From positions 1,580 through 65,579 of the forward strand of contig CACDYZ010000008.1 in NCBI GenBank assembly GCA_902557145.1: a DNA stretch of 64,000 nucleotides, in the 5' to 3' direction. Numbering within the stretch: position 1 is the first letter of the stretch; each line of letters begins with the position of its first letter. The stretch comes from an uncultured Alphaproteobacteria bacterium (GTDB taxonomy: Bacteria > Pseudomonadota > Alphaproteobacteria > HIMB59). This document shows positions 13,420-24,043 of the stretch, in pieces. The position numbers were made by a program, and so were the translations under genes. The notes below the pieces were generated by a model. It worked only from the letters and a program-made list of their open reading frames with translations. It was not told where the DNA came from and made no database searches.

Positions 13420-16170
13420 TTACGCACTACATGTTACGCAATCTTCTGGTTCATTAGATTGCGCCTCTTTCACATAAGACTCTTTTGCTTTTTTTTCAGA
13501 AGACACGGTTACTTTAACTGCGTCTACAGCTGATCGGCTTCTCAGGTAATACATGCCTGTTTTCAAGCCTTTTTTCCATGCATACATATGCATAGAGTTC
13601 ACTTTTCCAAAAGTAGGGGTTGCCAACCATAAGTTCATGGATTGGGTTTGATCGATAAATGGTGCTCTGTCCGCTGCCATATCAATGACTGTTTTTTGAG
13701 ATGTTTCCCAAACAGTCTTGTAAACATCTTTAAGGTCTTCTGGGAAACCCTCAATATTCTGAACGGAGCCATTTTCTAATATAATTTGATCGCGTAATTC
13801 TTTACTCCAAAGGTTCCTTTTCATCAATTCTTTTACAAGGTGACGATTTACTAATAAGAATTCTCCAGAGAGAGTTTGTCTTTTATAAATATTTGATGTT
13901 TGCACTTGAAAGGTTTCTGTATTACCCAAGATGATACCAGTTGAAGCTGTTGGCATACATGCTGTGGTCAAGGAATTACGCACCCCATGTTTTTGAATCT
14001 TCTCCATTAGGCCTTTCCAATCCCACATACTTGATGGTTTAACGCCCCACAGATCAAATTGAAATTGCCCCTCAGAAAGAGGAGAGCCCTTAAAAGTAGA
14101 ATAGGGTCCTTTGTCAGCTGCTAGCTCCATTGATGCTTCTAAGGCACCAAAGTAGACTGTTTCAAATATTTGCTTATTAATAATCTGTGCTTGAACAGAG
14201 TCATATGCAATATTCATTTTGAAATAAACATCAGCTAGACCTTGTATGCCAAGACCAATTGGTCGATGACGACTATTTGAGTTCTCTGTCTTATTTGTAG
14301 GATAAAAATTAATATCTATAACTTGATCCAAGTTTTTTGTAGCTAGTTTCGCAACTTGGTATAAGTTTTGGTAATCAAATTTACTTTCATCTGTAACAAA
14401 TTTAGGTAATGCAATTGATGCTAAGTTACAAACAGCTGTCTCATCTTTTTCAGAGTATTCAACAATTTCAGCACAAAGATTAGACGATTTAATTACCCCA
14501 ATATTCTTTTGATTAGATTTTTTATTTACGGCATCTTTGTAAAGCATATACGGCTGACCAGTTTCAATTTGTGCTTCAATGATCTTTGACATCAAGGCTC
14601 TTGCCTTAATTCTTTTAAGATCAGGCATTTCATTTTCGTATTTGGTGTATAGGTCTACAAACTCTTTCCCATAAGTGTCAGATAATCCAGGACATTCATG
14701 TTCACTCATTAATGTCCAATCAGCATCTTCTTCAACTCTTTCCATAAATAAATCTGGTATCCAAAGAGCATAAAATAAATCTCTGGCTCTGAATTCTTCA
14801 GCACCTGTGTTTTTCCTAAGCTCTAAAAATGACTCAATATCAGCATGCCATGGCTCTAAATAGACTGCAAAAGAGCCCTTTCTCTTGCCACCTCCTTGGT
14901 CAACAGATCTTGCGGTTTCGTTAAAAATTTTAAGAAATGGAATTAATCCATTCGATTTACCATTTGTTGATTTAATACGACTCCCACCACCCCTAATGTT
15001 ATGGGCGTGAAGTCCAATACCACCCGCTGTTTTGGAAATCAAAGCACAGTCTTTCACTGTATTAAAAATCCCTTCAATAGAATCATCTTCCATTCCAATT
15101 AAAAAGCAAGATGATAACTGTTGCATTTTTAATCCACTATTGAAAAGAGTAGGTGTTGCATGAGTGTAGAAACCTTGAGATAAACTGTCATATGTTTTTT
15201 TAACCTGATAAAAATCAAACTTATCACCCGAAACACACAGAGCTACTCTCATCCATAAATCCTGAGGTCTCTCCGCAGTTTTGTTATTTGATTGGAGAAG
15301 ATAAGCTCTAAATAAGGTAGTTAATGCAAAATAGTCAAAATAATAATCTCGATCATAATCGATAATTTTTTCTATTTCTTCAGCATTAGCTTTTACCTTT
15401 TCATAATACTCATCGCGCAACAAACCATCTTCGTAAAGATTTTTTGTTGCAATAATAAAACCAGGTGTTTCTTTGTGTAATGCATTAGCTTTAATTCTAC
15501 CAGCCAAATAAGAGTAGTCAGGATGTTCCACTGTCAAAGCAGCGGCTGTCTCAGCTAAGTAAGTATCAATTTCGTTTGTTGTGATACCATCGTATAAACC
15601 TTGGATAGCTTTTTGTGCAATCGTAATGGGGTCGATCTCTAATCCGTTTGATAAAATAGATATACGGTTTGTAATTTTTTCTAAAGAAATGTCTTCTTTG
15701 TTACCATCCCTTTTGGTAACTGCCATTGTTGAAACTTTGGCACCTATTTGTTCATTAAGTTGAGCGGTTTTATAACGTTGGTTTGCTCTTTGCTCTCTAT
15801 AAAGAACATAAGCACGGGCAACTTTGTGATGTTCCCCTCTCATTAATGCTAATTCAACTTGATCTTGAATATCTTCAATATGAATCATATCACCGTTAGC
15901 AATGCGTCTTGTCAGAGCTGCTGTTACAGTCTCAGTAAGATCAGAAACACTTTTGTCAATTTGCTTACTATCTCGAAGGTCGGTTTGCGCTAAAAAAGCC
16001 TTTCTGATGGCATTAGCGATTTTATCTGACTTAAAGGGTGTAATGGAGCCGTCTCGTCGAACAACGCTCAAACTTAACAAGTTTATTTCTTCATTTTGCT
16101 TATTTATTACGGTGTTTTTTGTTGAAATTTCTAATGATTCTGCGTTATTTGTTTCCATTCTACCTACCAA
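13420..16170 (-). CDS. nrdA: Ribonucleotide reductase class I alpha subunit with two ATP cones (start may be the ATG at 16158)
   Basis: QLSSCF, SSNLCAEI, AVCNLAS, MYYLRS and C-terminal CVTCSA; cones begin at VVRRDG and VTKRDG. Confidence 0.98.
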   Translation of the reverse strand: MVGRMETNNAESLEISTKNTVINKQNEEINLLSLSVVRRDGSITPFKSDKIANAIRKAFLAQTDLRDSKQIDKSVSDLTETVTAALTRRIANGDMIHIEDIQDQVELALMRGEHHKVARAYVLYREQRANQRYKTAQLNEQIGAKVSTMAVTKRDGNKEDISLEKITNRISILSNGLEIDPITIAQKAIQGLYDGITTNEIDTYLAETAAALTVEHPDYSYLAGRIKANALHKETPGFIIATKNLYEDGLLRDEYYEKVKANAEEIEKIIDYDRDYYFDYFALTTLFRAYLLQSNNKTAERPQDLWMRVALCVSGDKFDFYQVKKTYDSLSQGFYTHATPTLFNSGLKMQQLSSCFLIGMEDDSIEGIFNTVKDCALISKTAGGIGLHAHNIRGGGSRIKSTNGKSNGLIPFLKIFNETARSVDQGGGKRKGSFAVYLEPWHADIESFLELRKNTGAEEFRARDLFYALWIPDLFMERVEEDADWTLMSEHECPGLSDTYGKEFVDLYTKYENEMPDLKRIKARALMSKIIEAQIETGQPYMLYKDAVNKKSNQKNIGVIKSSNLCAEIVEYSEKDETAVCNLASIALPKFVTDESKFDYQNLYQVAKLATKNLDQVIDINFYPTNKTENSNSRHRPIGLGIQGLADVYFKMNIAYDSVQAQIINKQIFETVYFGALEASMELAADKGPYSTFKGSPLSEGQFQFDLWGVKPSSMWDWKGLMEKIQKHGVRNSLTTACMPTASTGIILGNTETFQVQTSNIYKRQTLSGEFLLVNRHLVKELMKRNLWSKELRDQIILENGSVQNIEGFPEDLKDVYKTVWETSQKTVIDMAADRAPFIDQTQSMNLWLATPTFGKVNSMHMYAWKKGLKTGMYYLRSRSAVDAVKVTVSSEKKAKESYVKEAQSNEPEDCVTCSA

Positions 16171-16194
16171 GTTTACGTGTATAAATGCATATAA

Positions 16195-16242
16195 GCACTA
16201 GATGTAGTGTTTATTGCCTAGTGACTATACAATTTATAGATA
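16195..16242. promoter_or_regulatory. Tandem NrdR boxes upstream of nrdA
   Basis: 16195-16210 reads ACACTACATCTAGTGC on the minus strand, close to the NrdR consensus acaCwAtATaTwGtg. A weaker copy, ATACAATTTATAGATA (16227-16242), is offset by 32 bp, the canonical tandem spacing. Confidence 0.8.
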
Positions 16243-16529
16243 ATCATAGTCAAATCATTTTGTATTTAATTCTGAAAACCTAATAAATTCAATTAGAAAT
16301 TGGAGATTCAATTAACAATTAAATCGGAAATATTCACAGGTTTTTATAAAATTTTTCTTGGCATACGAATATGTTTAGAGAAGCTCTAATCCTTAAGTAG
16401 TTTAGCCACTTTTTAAATAATTGATTCGAGCGGTTACATAACTTTGAATGAAAAGTTCTATGTACAACTTTCATAGCAAAATAAGCATTTTTATATAGAC
16501 CTCATAGTAAAATTCCTTAATTTCATCTA

Positions 16530-17480
16530 GTGAAAAAAATTCTTGGAGTAGGAACTGCTTTGGTTGATGTCATTTGCCAGGTGGAAGACAACATAATTAG
16601 TATCTTAAATTTATCTAAAGGCTCAATGACTCTAATCGATGAGTCTCAAATCCAAAAAATAAGAGCAAATTTTACCAACCCTTTAATCACTTCAGGTGGA
16701 TCTGTTTGCAATACCGTTCATGAACTTAATTTTGGTTCCCATGAGGCTAGTTTTTATGGAAAGGTGAGCGATGATGAATATGGAAATGCTTTTATCCAAG
16801 ATTTAGAAAAAGCAAATATTTCATTTAAGGGAGTTTCAAGAAAAAGTGACCTACCTACGGGATGTTGTAACATACTAGTATCACCTGATGGTGAAAGAAC
16901 TATGGCAACACACATTGGTATCGGATCTCAGTTGCAACCTGATGAGGTTAGTGAAAATATTCTCGACAATATTGACCACATGTATATGGAGTCATATCTT
17001 TGGGATCATGAATTAACAAAAAAAACTTTAAAAAAATTTGGAGATATAGCCAAATCTAAAAATATAGAAATTTCATTATCTCTTTCAGATCCTTTTTGTG
17101 TTGATCGACATAGAGATGAATTAAACAATTTTATAAAAGAGAATGTAGATTTGGTTTTTTGTAACTTCGATGAAGCTAAAATGTTTTCACAATCTGAAAC
17201 TATGGCAGATGTGAGTTCATTTTTTAAAGACTATGGAAAAAAAATTGTCATGACTTCAGGATCTGAGGGAGCTTATTTTTTTTATAACGATGATGTGAGT
17301 CATCAACCCTCTAAAAAAATAGAAAATGTAGTTGATACTACAGGTGCAGGAGATAATTTTGCAGCAGGTTTTTTAGATATCTATTTGTCAGGAAAGTCTG
17401 TCGATGAAGCTTTAATTAACGGAAACACAAGGGCTGTTGAAGTCATTCAACAGTTAGGACCAAGGATAAAAAGAGCTTGA
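16530..17480 (+). CDS. PfkB-family kinase, adenosine kinase-like
   Basis: G.ALVD, KGSMTLI, SGGSVCNT, GERTM, DTTGAGDNFAAGF; upstream of ahcY. Confidence 0.8.
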   Translation: MKKILGVGTALVDVICQVEDNIISILNLSKGSMTLIDESQIQKIRANFTNPLITSGGSVCNTVHELNFGSHEASFYGKVSDDEYGNAFIQDLEKANISFKGVSRKSDLPTGCCNILVSPDGERTMATHIGIGSQLQPDEVSENILDNIDHMYMESYLWDHELTKKTLKKFGDIAKSKNIEISLSLSDPFCVDRHRDELNNFIKENVDLVFCNFDEAKMFSQSETMADVSSFFKDYGKKIVMTSGSEGAYFFYNDDVSHQPSKKIENVVDTTGAGDNFAAGFLDIYLSGKSVDEALINGNTRAVEVIQQLGPRIKRA

Positions 17481-17535
17481 TAACACTTAATAAATCATAT
17501 TTTATTTTAAATAGTCTATCTAAAAGGAGGGTTAT

Positions 17536-18816
17536 GTGGATTACAAAGTAAAAGATATTTCTGAACATGGTTTCGGAAGACAAGAAATCGAAATTGCAGA
17601 AACTGAAATGCCAGGATTAATGGCCATAAGAGAACAATATGGTAAATCAAAGCCATTAGCTGGGGCAAATATTATGGGATGTCTTCATATGACCATACAA
17701 ACAGCAGTTTTAATTGAAACACTCGTCGAACTTGGAGCTAAGTGTCGATGGAGTTCGTGTAATATTTATTCAACCCAAGATCACGCAGCTGCAGCAGTAG
17801 CTCAAAGTGGTACGCCTGTATTTGCTTGGAAGGGAATGAATGAGGAAGAGTTTTGGTGGTGCATAGACCAAACTATCGAAGCTGAAGGATGGGAACCAAA
17901 TATGATTCTTGATGATGGGGGAGATCTGACTCTTCGCATGCATGAGAAATATCCTGAACTTCTTAAAAATGTTAAAGGACTTTCCGAAGAAACTACAACG
18001 GGCGTTCTTCGTTTAGAGCAAATGGCAGCTAAAGGAACTCTCCAAGTACCTGCTATAAATGTTAATGACTCTGTTACAAAAAGTAAATTTGATAATTTAT
18101 ATGGCTGTAAGGAGAGTTTGGTTGATGGTATTCGTAGGGGAACAGATGTAATGATGGCTGGTAAGGTTGCAGTTGTTGCAGGATTTGGAGATGTTGGAAA
18201 AGGTAGCGCAGCATCGTTAAGAGGAGCTGGTGCCAGAGTTCAAGTAACAGAGGTTGATCCTATTTGTGCCTTACAAGCAGCAATGGAGGGGTATGAAGTT
18301 GTTACCATGGATGAGGCTTGTAAGTATGCTGATATATTTGTAACTGCAACTGGTAACAAAGACATTATCACACAAGATCATATGAGAGAAATGAAAGACC
18401 GTGCCATAGTTTGTAATATTGGTCACTTTGATAATGAAATACAAATAGATGATTTACAAAATTACAAATGGGAAGAAATTAAACCACAGGTTGATCAGGT
18501 AACATTCCCAGATGGCAAAAAAATCATTATTCTTTCAAAAGGAAGATTAGTGAACTTAGGTAATGCAACAGGTCACCCAAGTTTTGTTATGAGTGCATCA
18601 TTTTCTAATCAGGTTTTAGCTCAAATAGAGTTATGGGAAAACTACAAAAACTACGAAAATAAAGTTTATGTTCTTCCCAAGAAATTAGACGAAATGGTAG
18701 CTATGTTTCATTTAGAAAAAGTTGGGGCAAAATTGACCCAAATGTCAAAAGATCAAAGTGATTATTTAGGAATCGAAAATCAAGGACCATTTAAGAAAGA
18801 TACATATAGGTACTAG
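17536..18816 (+). CDS. ahcY: S-adenosylhomocysteine hydrolase
   Basis: [46 protein letters not shown]; SD GGAGG upstream. Confidence 0.99.
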   Translation: MDYKVKDISEHGFGRQEIEIAETEMPGLMAIREQYGKSKPLAGANIMGCLHMTIQTAVLIETLVELGAKCRWSSCNIYSTQDHAAAAVAQSGTPVFAWKGMNEEEFWWCIDQTIEAEGWEPNMILDDGGDLTLRMHEKYPELLKNVKGLSEETTTGVLRLEQMAAKGTLQVPAINVNDSVTKSKFDNLYGCKESLVDGIRRGTDVMMAGKVAVVAGFGDVGKGSAASLRGAGARVQVTEVDPICALQAAMEGYEVVTMDEACKYADIFVTATGNKDIITQDHMREMKDRAIVCNIGHFDNEIQIDDLQNYKWEEIKPQVDQVTFPDGKKIIILSKGRLVNLGNATGHPSFVMSASFSNQVLAQIELWENYKNYENKVYVLPKKLDEMVAMFHLEKVGAKLTQMSKDQSDYLGIENQGPFKKDTYRY

Positions 18817-18818
18817 CC

Positions 18819-19991
18819 ATGAGAAAAGATTTTACTTTTACATCCGAGTCAGTATCTGAGGGTCACCCAGATAAAGTCTCTGATAGGATTTCAGATGCAG
18901 TAGTTGATCATTTTATTGCAAAAGATCCATATGCAAGAGTAGCTTGCGAAACACTCACTACGACCAATAAGGTAGTTTTATCAGGTGAAATTCGAGGCCC
19001 AGTTCAAGAAGATAAAGATGAAATTATCTCAAAAGTTAGAAACTGCATTAAAGATATAGGTTATGAGCAAGATGGGTTTCATTGGCAAACCGCAGATGTT
19101 CAGTATCTACTTCATGGACAATCAGCTGATATTGCAATGGGTGTAGACTCATCATCTGACAAAGATGAAGGTGCTGGTGATCAAGGAATAATGTTCGGAT
19201 ATGCTTGCACAGAAACACCAGAGTTAATGCCTGCTCCGATTTTCTATTCTCATAAAATTTTAGAGTTAATGGCTAATGGAAGAAAAGATGGCAGCATGAA
19301 GGGATTGGAGCCCGACTCTAAGAGTCAAGTAACTCTGAAATATGTAGATGGTAAACCTAATGCTGTAACATCAGTTGTGATATCAACTCAACACGCTGAT
19401 GGACTTTCTCCTAGTGATGTCAAAGAAATTGTTAATCCAGCTTTAAAACAGGCAATACCTGAAGAGCTTTTAAAAAACTTAGATGATAGTGAATATTACG
19501 TGAATCCGACTGGAAACTTTGTAATAGGTGGACCAGATGGAGATACAGGCCTTACCGGAAGAAAAATCATTGTTGATACATATGGTGGTGCGGCACCACA
19601 CGGTGGAGGAGCTTTTTCAGGAAAAGACCCAACAAAGGTTGATCGTTCTGCTGCATATGCATCTAGATATCTTGCAAAAAATATTGTTGCTGCAGGTTTG
19701 TGTGATCAATGCACAATTCAATTGTCATACGCAATTGGAGTGGCTAAGCCTTTGTCAATTTATGTTAACACTCAAGGCACAAATAAAATAGATGAAGCCA
19801 AAATTGAGGCAGCAATACCTGAGATTATGAACTTATCGCCAAGAGGAATTAGAGAGAAACTGCAGTTAAATAAACCAATTTACGAACAAACAGCAGCTTA
19901 TGGTCACTTTGGCAGAACTCATGATAGTTCTAATGGAGCTTTTTCATGGGAGGGTTTAGATTTAGTCTCTGATTTTAAATCCCTCGCTTAG
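18819..19991 (+). CDS. metK: S-adenosylmethionine synthetase
   Basis: [38 protein letters not shown]. Confidence 0.99.
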   Translation: MRKDFTFTSESVSEGHPDKVSDRISDAVVDHFIAKDPYARVACETLTTTNKVVLSGEIRGPVQEDKDEIISKVRNCIKDIGYEQDGFHWQTADVQYLLHGQSADIAMGVDSSSDKDEGAGDQGIMFGYACTETPELMPAPIFYSHKILELMANGRKDGSMKGLEPDSKSQVTLKYVDGKPNAVTSVVISTQHADGLSPSDVKEIVNPALKQAIPEELLKNLDDSEYYVNPTGNFVIGGPDGDTGLTGRKIIVDTYGGAAPHGGGAFSGKDPTKVDRSAAYASRYLAKNIVAAGLCDQCTIQLSYAIGVAKPLSIYVNTQGTNKIDEAKIEAAIPEIMNLSPRGIREKLQLNKPIYEQTAAYGHFGRTHDSSNGAFSWEGLDLVSDFKSLA

Positions 19992-20441
19992 TTGAGTTTA
20001 AATTTTTCTATCTCACAAGAGAAACAACTTGATGAAATTGTAAAAAAATTAATTAAATCTATTTCTGCGCATCAAATATTTTTTTTTGAAGGAGAGGTGG
20101 GATCAGGCAAAACAACTCTTATTCGGCACCTATTAGAAGGTATTGCAAAACTTGAGAATAAAAAACTATTTTTTCAAGGAAGTCCGACTTACCAACGAGA
20201 GCATATTTATAATTTTAAAAAATTTGACGTTGTTCATTTTGATTTTTATCAAGTTGATAATTCCACAATAGATATTGATGAATATCTTTTGAATAAGTGT
20301 ATTTTTATTGAGTGGCCTTTAGAAGCTTTAAAAAGTAAATATTTTGATGAGGCCTTATTTATCAAAATCGATTTGAAAAATAAAATTAGAGAAATTAAAA
20401 TTCAATCACGGAACAACAAATGGCTCCAGAAAATAAAATAA
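19992..20441 (+). CDS. tsaE: t6A biosynthesis ATPase TsaE
   Basis: GEVGSGKTT, SPTY, HFDFY, IEWP. Confidence 0.88.
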   Translation: MSLNFSISQEKQLDEIVKKLIKSISAHQIFFFEGEVGSGKTTLIRHLLEGIAKLENKKLFFQGSPTYQREHIYNFKKFDVVHFDFYQVDNSTIDIDEYLLNKCIFIEWPLEALKSKYFDEALFIKIDLKNKIREIKIQSRNNKWLQKIK

Positions 20442-21388
20442 ATTTAATAAAAATAAAAAAACATCTTTCAAGTAAGAATTTTAAAGTTGGAGGTTTTATT
20501 AATTTTGAGTCTGATGCTTCAGATAAAGTATTTAAAATTTGTAAAACTGCAAATAAAAAACTTTTATTACTATCATTTCAAAACAAACCTAATGATTTTA
20601 AAAAATATGTAAAAGCCACGGAGGTATTAATAAAACAAAAAGTAAATACCCCTAGTATTATAGATCTTAGCCGTAGTCATAAATTTGTAATTATGGACTA
20701 TTTTCCAACTACTAATACAGCAAGATATTTTAAAAAAAATTACATGAAGCAAATACTTCCTCTGGCAACTCAAGCTATTATAAATTTACAAAATACGAAA
20801 AAAAAAATATCTGGTATTAAAACAAAACCCCACTCAAATTTACTAAATGATGCCATCAGGGGAGTTAGTAAATATATCCAACATTATGATCATAAAATTG
20901 AAATTGGCTTTTATTTAAACAAACTAATTGTTTTATCATTAAAGAAAAATACTGAAAATCAACAAATATATAAACCAGTTCTTACACATGGAGACTTTTT
21001 CCTAGAAAATCTTATTTACTATAAGCGTCTCTTATATGTCATTGATCATCAAGACTTACATTACAATCATCCTCATTTAGACATAGCATCATTAATTTTT
21101 GATGCACGAAGGTCATATTCACAAATTATAGAGGAAAGATTGATGAGAATTTATGCAAAAAAACAGAAAATAAATTTAAAAGAATTCAAAGAAAACATTC
21201 ATCTTGTAAGTTTATTAAGAAATTTAAGAATTTTAGGAAACTGGGTACAACTATTTGATGTCGGAAAGCCTAAGTATTTAAAAAAATATAGAAGAGAAAC
21301 TTGGAAACAAATTTTTAAGCATGTTGAATATTTACGTTTTTGGGATTTAAGAGAAATCTTTATGGATATTTATAAAAAAACAAAATAA
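20420..21388 (+). CDS. amgK: APH-fold phosphotransferase, AmgK-like anomeric MurNAc/GlcNAc kinase (divergent)
   Basis: DAS, HGDF..NL, IDHQD, DIASL..DAR, RNLRILG...GKPKY; tsaE-amgK-murU synteny. Confidence 0.7.
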   Translation: MAPENKINLIKIKKHLSSKNFKVGGFINFESDASDKVFKICKTANKKLLLLSFQNKPNDFKKYVKATEVLIKQKVNTPSIIDLSRSHKFVIMDYFPTTNTARYFKKNYMKQILPLATQAIINLQNTKKKISGIKTKPHSNLLNDAIRGVSKYIQHYDHKIEIGFYLNKLIVLSLKKNTENQQIYKPVLTHGDFFLENLIYYKRLLYVIDHQDLHYNHPHLDIASLIFDARRSYSQIIEERLMRIYAKKQKINLKEFKENIHLVSLLRNLRILGNWVQLFDVGKPKYLKKYRRETWKQIFKHVEYLRFWDLREIFMDIYKKTK

Positions 21389-22030
21389 ATGAATATTTTA
21401 GTATTAGCAGCTGGTTATGGAAATCGAATGGATGATTTAACAAAAAATATTCCTAAACCTATGCTCAAGATAAACCAGAAAATGCTTATTGATTATGCAA
21501 TAGAAATAGCACAAAAAATTTCTCATCAAAGAATTTTTGTTAATACACATTATCAAAACCAAATCTTAGAAAGTTATATAAAAGAAAATTACTTAGATAT
21601 TTTTATATCTCATGAACCTAATATTCTAGGAACAGGAGGCGCTATAAAAAAAATACAAAATGATGATTTATTGATTTTAAATACTGATAATTTATGGCAA
21701 GAGACATTTGTAAATGAAATAAAAGAATCCATAAATTTTTTTAATAAAAATAAGAACGTTGAAAATCTACTACTCGTAAATTCAAATAGTGAAATCTTTG
21801 ATTTAGAAATGAAAAATAAAAATATAATAAATTTTCCATCATTCAATCACAACACGCAATTTCAGGGATGTCACTTGATCAGAAATAAATCTCTTAACCA
21901 TTATCCGGATATTTTTAACATCCAAGATTATTGGATTAATAGCTCTATTGAGGGAAAATTATATGGATATGAAACTGTTAGTATTAATCCACACGTGGGA
22001 ACAAAAGAATTATATTTGAAATACCAATAA
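21389..22030 (+). CDS. murU: MurU-like nucleotidyltransferase
   Basis: LAAGYGNRM..LT..PKPML, VNTHY, LGTGGAI; follows amgK. Confidence 0.72.
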   Translation: MNILVLAAGYGNRMDDLTKNIPKPMLKINQKMLIDYAIEIAQKISHQRIFVNTHYQNQILESYIKENYLDIFISHEPNILGTGGAIKKIQNDDLLILNTDNLWQETFVNEIKESINFFNKNKNVENLLLVNSNSEIFDLEMKNKNIINFPSFNHNTQFQGCHLIRNKSLNHYPDIFNIQDYWINSSIEGKLYGYETVSINPHVGTKELYLKYQ

Positions 22031-22049
22031 TAATTACCATATTTAAATT

Positions 22050-22376
22050 ATGTCAGTAGAACAAATTAACGATGCTAACTTTCAAGAAAAAGTTATGGAA
22101 TCCTCTAAAAATAAACCTGTTTTGGTTGATTTTTGGGCAGAATGGTGCGGGCCGTGTAAGGCAATAGCTCCTATATTAGATAATATTGCATTAGAGATGG
22201 GAGATAAAATTTCTATTAAAAAAATTAATATTGATGAAAATCCACAAGCTCCAGCTAATTTTAGTATTAGAAGTATTCCAACAATGATTTTATTTAAAGA
22301 TGGATCAATGGCTGATGCCAAGATTGGTATGGGCTCAGAAGCTGATTTAAAAAATTGGATAAATAGTAAAATTTAA
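22050..22376 (+). CDS. trxA: Thioredoxin
   Basis: VDFWAEWCGPCK, IRSIPT. Confidence 0.97.
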   Translation: MSVEQINDANFQEKVMESSKNKPVLVDFWAEWCGPCKAIAPILDNIALEMGDKISIKKINIDENPQAPANFSIRSIPTMILFKDGSMADAKIGMGSEADLKNWINSKI

Positions 22377-22397
22377 TCTTTTAAATATTTACTTTCA

Positions 22398-23492
22398 TTA
22401 CTTTGTTTTTTTTTCAAACCTCAATAAATGATCTTTAAAGTTCAGAGAAAGTTTTTTTGCGCTAGTACTAATCTTATCTAAAAACTTAACATTAATACTG
22501 ATATTATTTTGCTCATTTTCAGATATTTGACCAACATAAGTAATAGCATTCCATAGTCCCAATGAATTCATAGGTGAAAATCTTCTTTTTGAAGAAAGAG
22601 ATATATTTAGGAAAGAAAAAAGAAAACTTGATATATTTACACTATACTTTTTTGAAAATTCAGGAATATTTTTAGCGGCAGTTTTAATAAAAGTTTTTGG
22701 ATCATTATATTGAAAGGGATTAATTTTAGGAAAAAATTGTTTTAGTATCTTTTTTGTAAAATCATTTCCCGATGAATAGATAAAAAACAGTTGGCCCTTA
22801 TAATCTAGCATTTTAATTAGGGGTAATAATACAAGATTGAGAGTTCTTTGATAAGGAGATCGCAATCGAAAGGCTTGTGATGCTATAATAAAATCATAGA
22901 CTTTGGGTACATCTGTTAATTTTTTAGGAATTAGATGACTTAAAGAAATCTTTTGGTCTTTTCTATAAATAACCATAAAGCTTTTGTGTTTTGGTCTTAA
23001 AATCGTAGAGGAGGTATCCTCTTTTATAGCCCAGTTCTTTTTAATGATGTCACTCATATTCATAAGTTGTAGATTAAAACTAAAGCTAGAGTTTCCAGAT
23101 AATTCTTTTTTTATCAATTTGCAGTCTTTGAATTCCTTCTCATAAATATCTCTGTAAGAGGCGTTAGTTATACAAAAAACTAAATTTTTGTGCTCGTAAA
23201 ATCTATAACCTAAAAAAGCAAGTAAGCTATTGATGTCATCAATGCTTATTTCTTTTCCCACAACTATAATAGGATCTTCTGGAAATTTTTCGTGTGCTGC
23301 AGATAAGAGAGTAGATATTACACTTCCATCACCAGTTCCAGCATCAAAAATTCTAAAAGCATCTTTGCTTATTTTTGATTTTTTAATGTATTTCGCTAAT
23401 TCAAAAGCAATCTTACTCTTTTCATTTGTCGAATTTACGAATGATAGATATTTGTCCCTTGAGTCGAAAAAATCTGCCTTTTTTGCGCCCAC
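22398..23492 (-). CDS. Conserved hypothetical protein with SAM-dependent methyltransferase-like fold
   Basis: IFDAGTGDG (motif I), VGKEIS, YDFIIASQ; SD AGGAG before a GTG start. Confidence 0.55.
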   Translation of the reverse strand: MGAKKADFFDSRDKYLSFVNSTNEKSKIAFELAKYIKKSKISKDAFRIFDAGTGDGSVISTLLSAAHEKFPEDPIIVVGKEISIDDINSLLAFLGYRFYEHKNLVFCITNASYRDIYEKEFKDCKLIKKELSGNSSFSFNLQLMNMSDIIKKNWAIKEDTSSTILRPKHKSFMVIYRKDQKISLSHLIPKKLTDVPKVYDFIIASQAFRLRSPYQRTLNLVLLPLIKMLDYKGQLFFIYSSGNDFTKKILKQFFPKINPFQYNDPKTFIKTAAKNIPEFSKKYSVNISSFLFSFLNISLSSKRRFSPMNSLGLWNAITYVGQISENEQNNISINVKFLDKISTSAKKLSLNFKDHLLRFEKKTK

Positions 23493-23580
23493 CTTTGTTC
23501 TCCTACTCTTCTTTTAAACTAGAAATAGAAATATTTCCATAATAGACTTTACTTAAAAAAAATAAGAAGAGATTACTAAT

Positions 23581-23964
23581 CTATTTTTTTAAATTAAACC
23601 CAGCTTCAACCCAAGCTTTCGTTCCACCTGTGAGATTGGACACATCGCTATAACCCATATCTTGAAGAGTCTTAGTTGATAAAGTTCCTTGACCGCCGAC
23701 ACCACAATAAACAACAATTTTTTTTTTGGGATTAAGCTCTTCTTTTCTAAGAGGATTATCTGGTCTTTGATCGGCGTGAAATTCTAGCATGTCTCTTGGA
23801 ATATGAACTGATCCTTCTATTTGACCCTCAGCCTCAATGACATCTTTTGATCGAACATCAACAAGGATGATTTCCTTGTTATCTAATTGCTGTTTTAATT
23901 CCTCTGGGCTCACTGATTTGATTTCAGCATTTGCTTCTTCTAAAAGCTCTGGAAAGGTCTTCAT
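23581..23964 (-). CDS. Rhodanese-like sulfurtransferase
   Basis: LVDVR, GSVHIPR, VYCGVGGQG, LTGG..AW. Confidence 0.9.
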   Translation of the reverse strand: MKTFPELLEEANAEIKSVSPEELKQQLDNKEIILVDVRSKDVIEAEGQIEGSVHIPRDMLEFHADQRPDNPLRKEELNPKKKIVVYCGVGGQGTLSTKTLQDMGYSDVSNLTGGTKAWVEAGFNLKK

Positions 23965-24043
23965 TTATTCATTTCTCCTTAATAACTATTGATAATATAT
24001 AACTGTTTGATCTTAAATTTAATATATTACTATAATATAAGAC

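Noticed and set aside
16400-17535. SAM-II or SAM-V riboswitch upstream of the kinase-ahcY-metK genes
   Set aside because: I could not find the conserved core and pseudoknot by eye. An Rfam scan would settle it.
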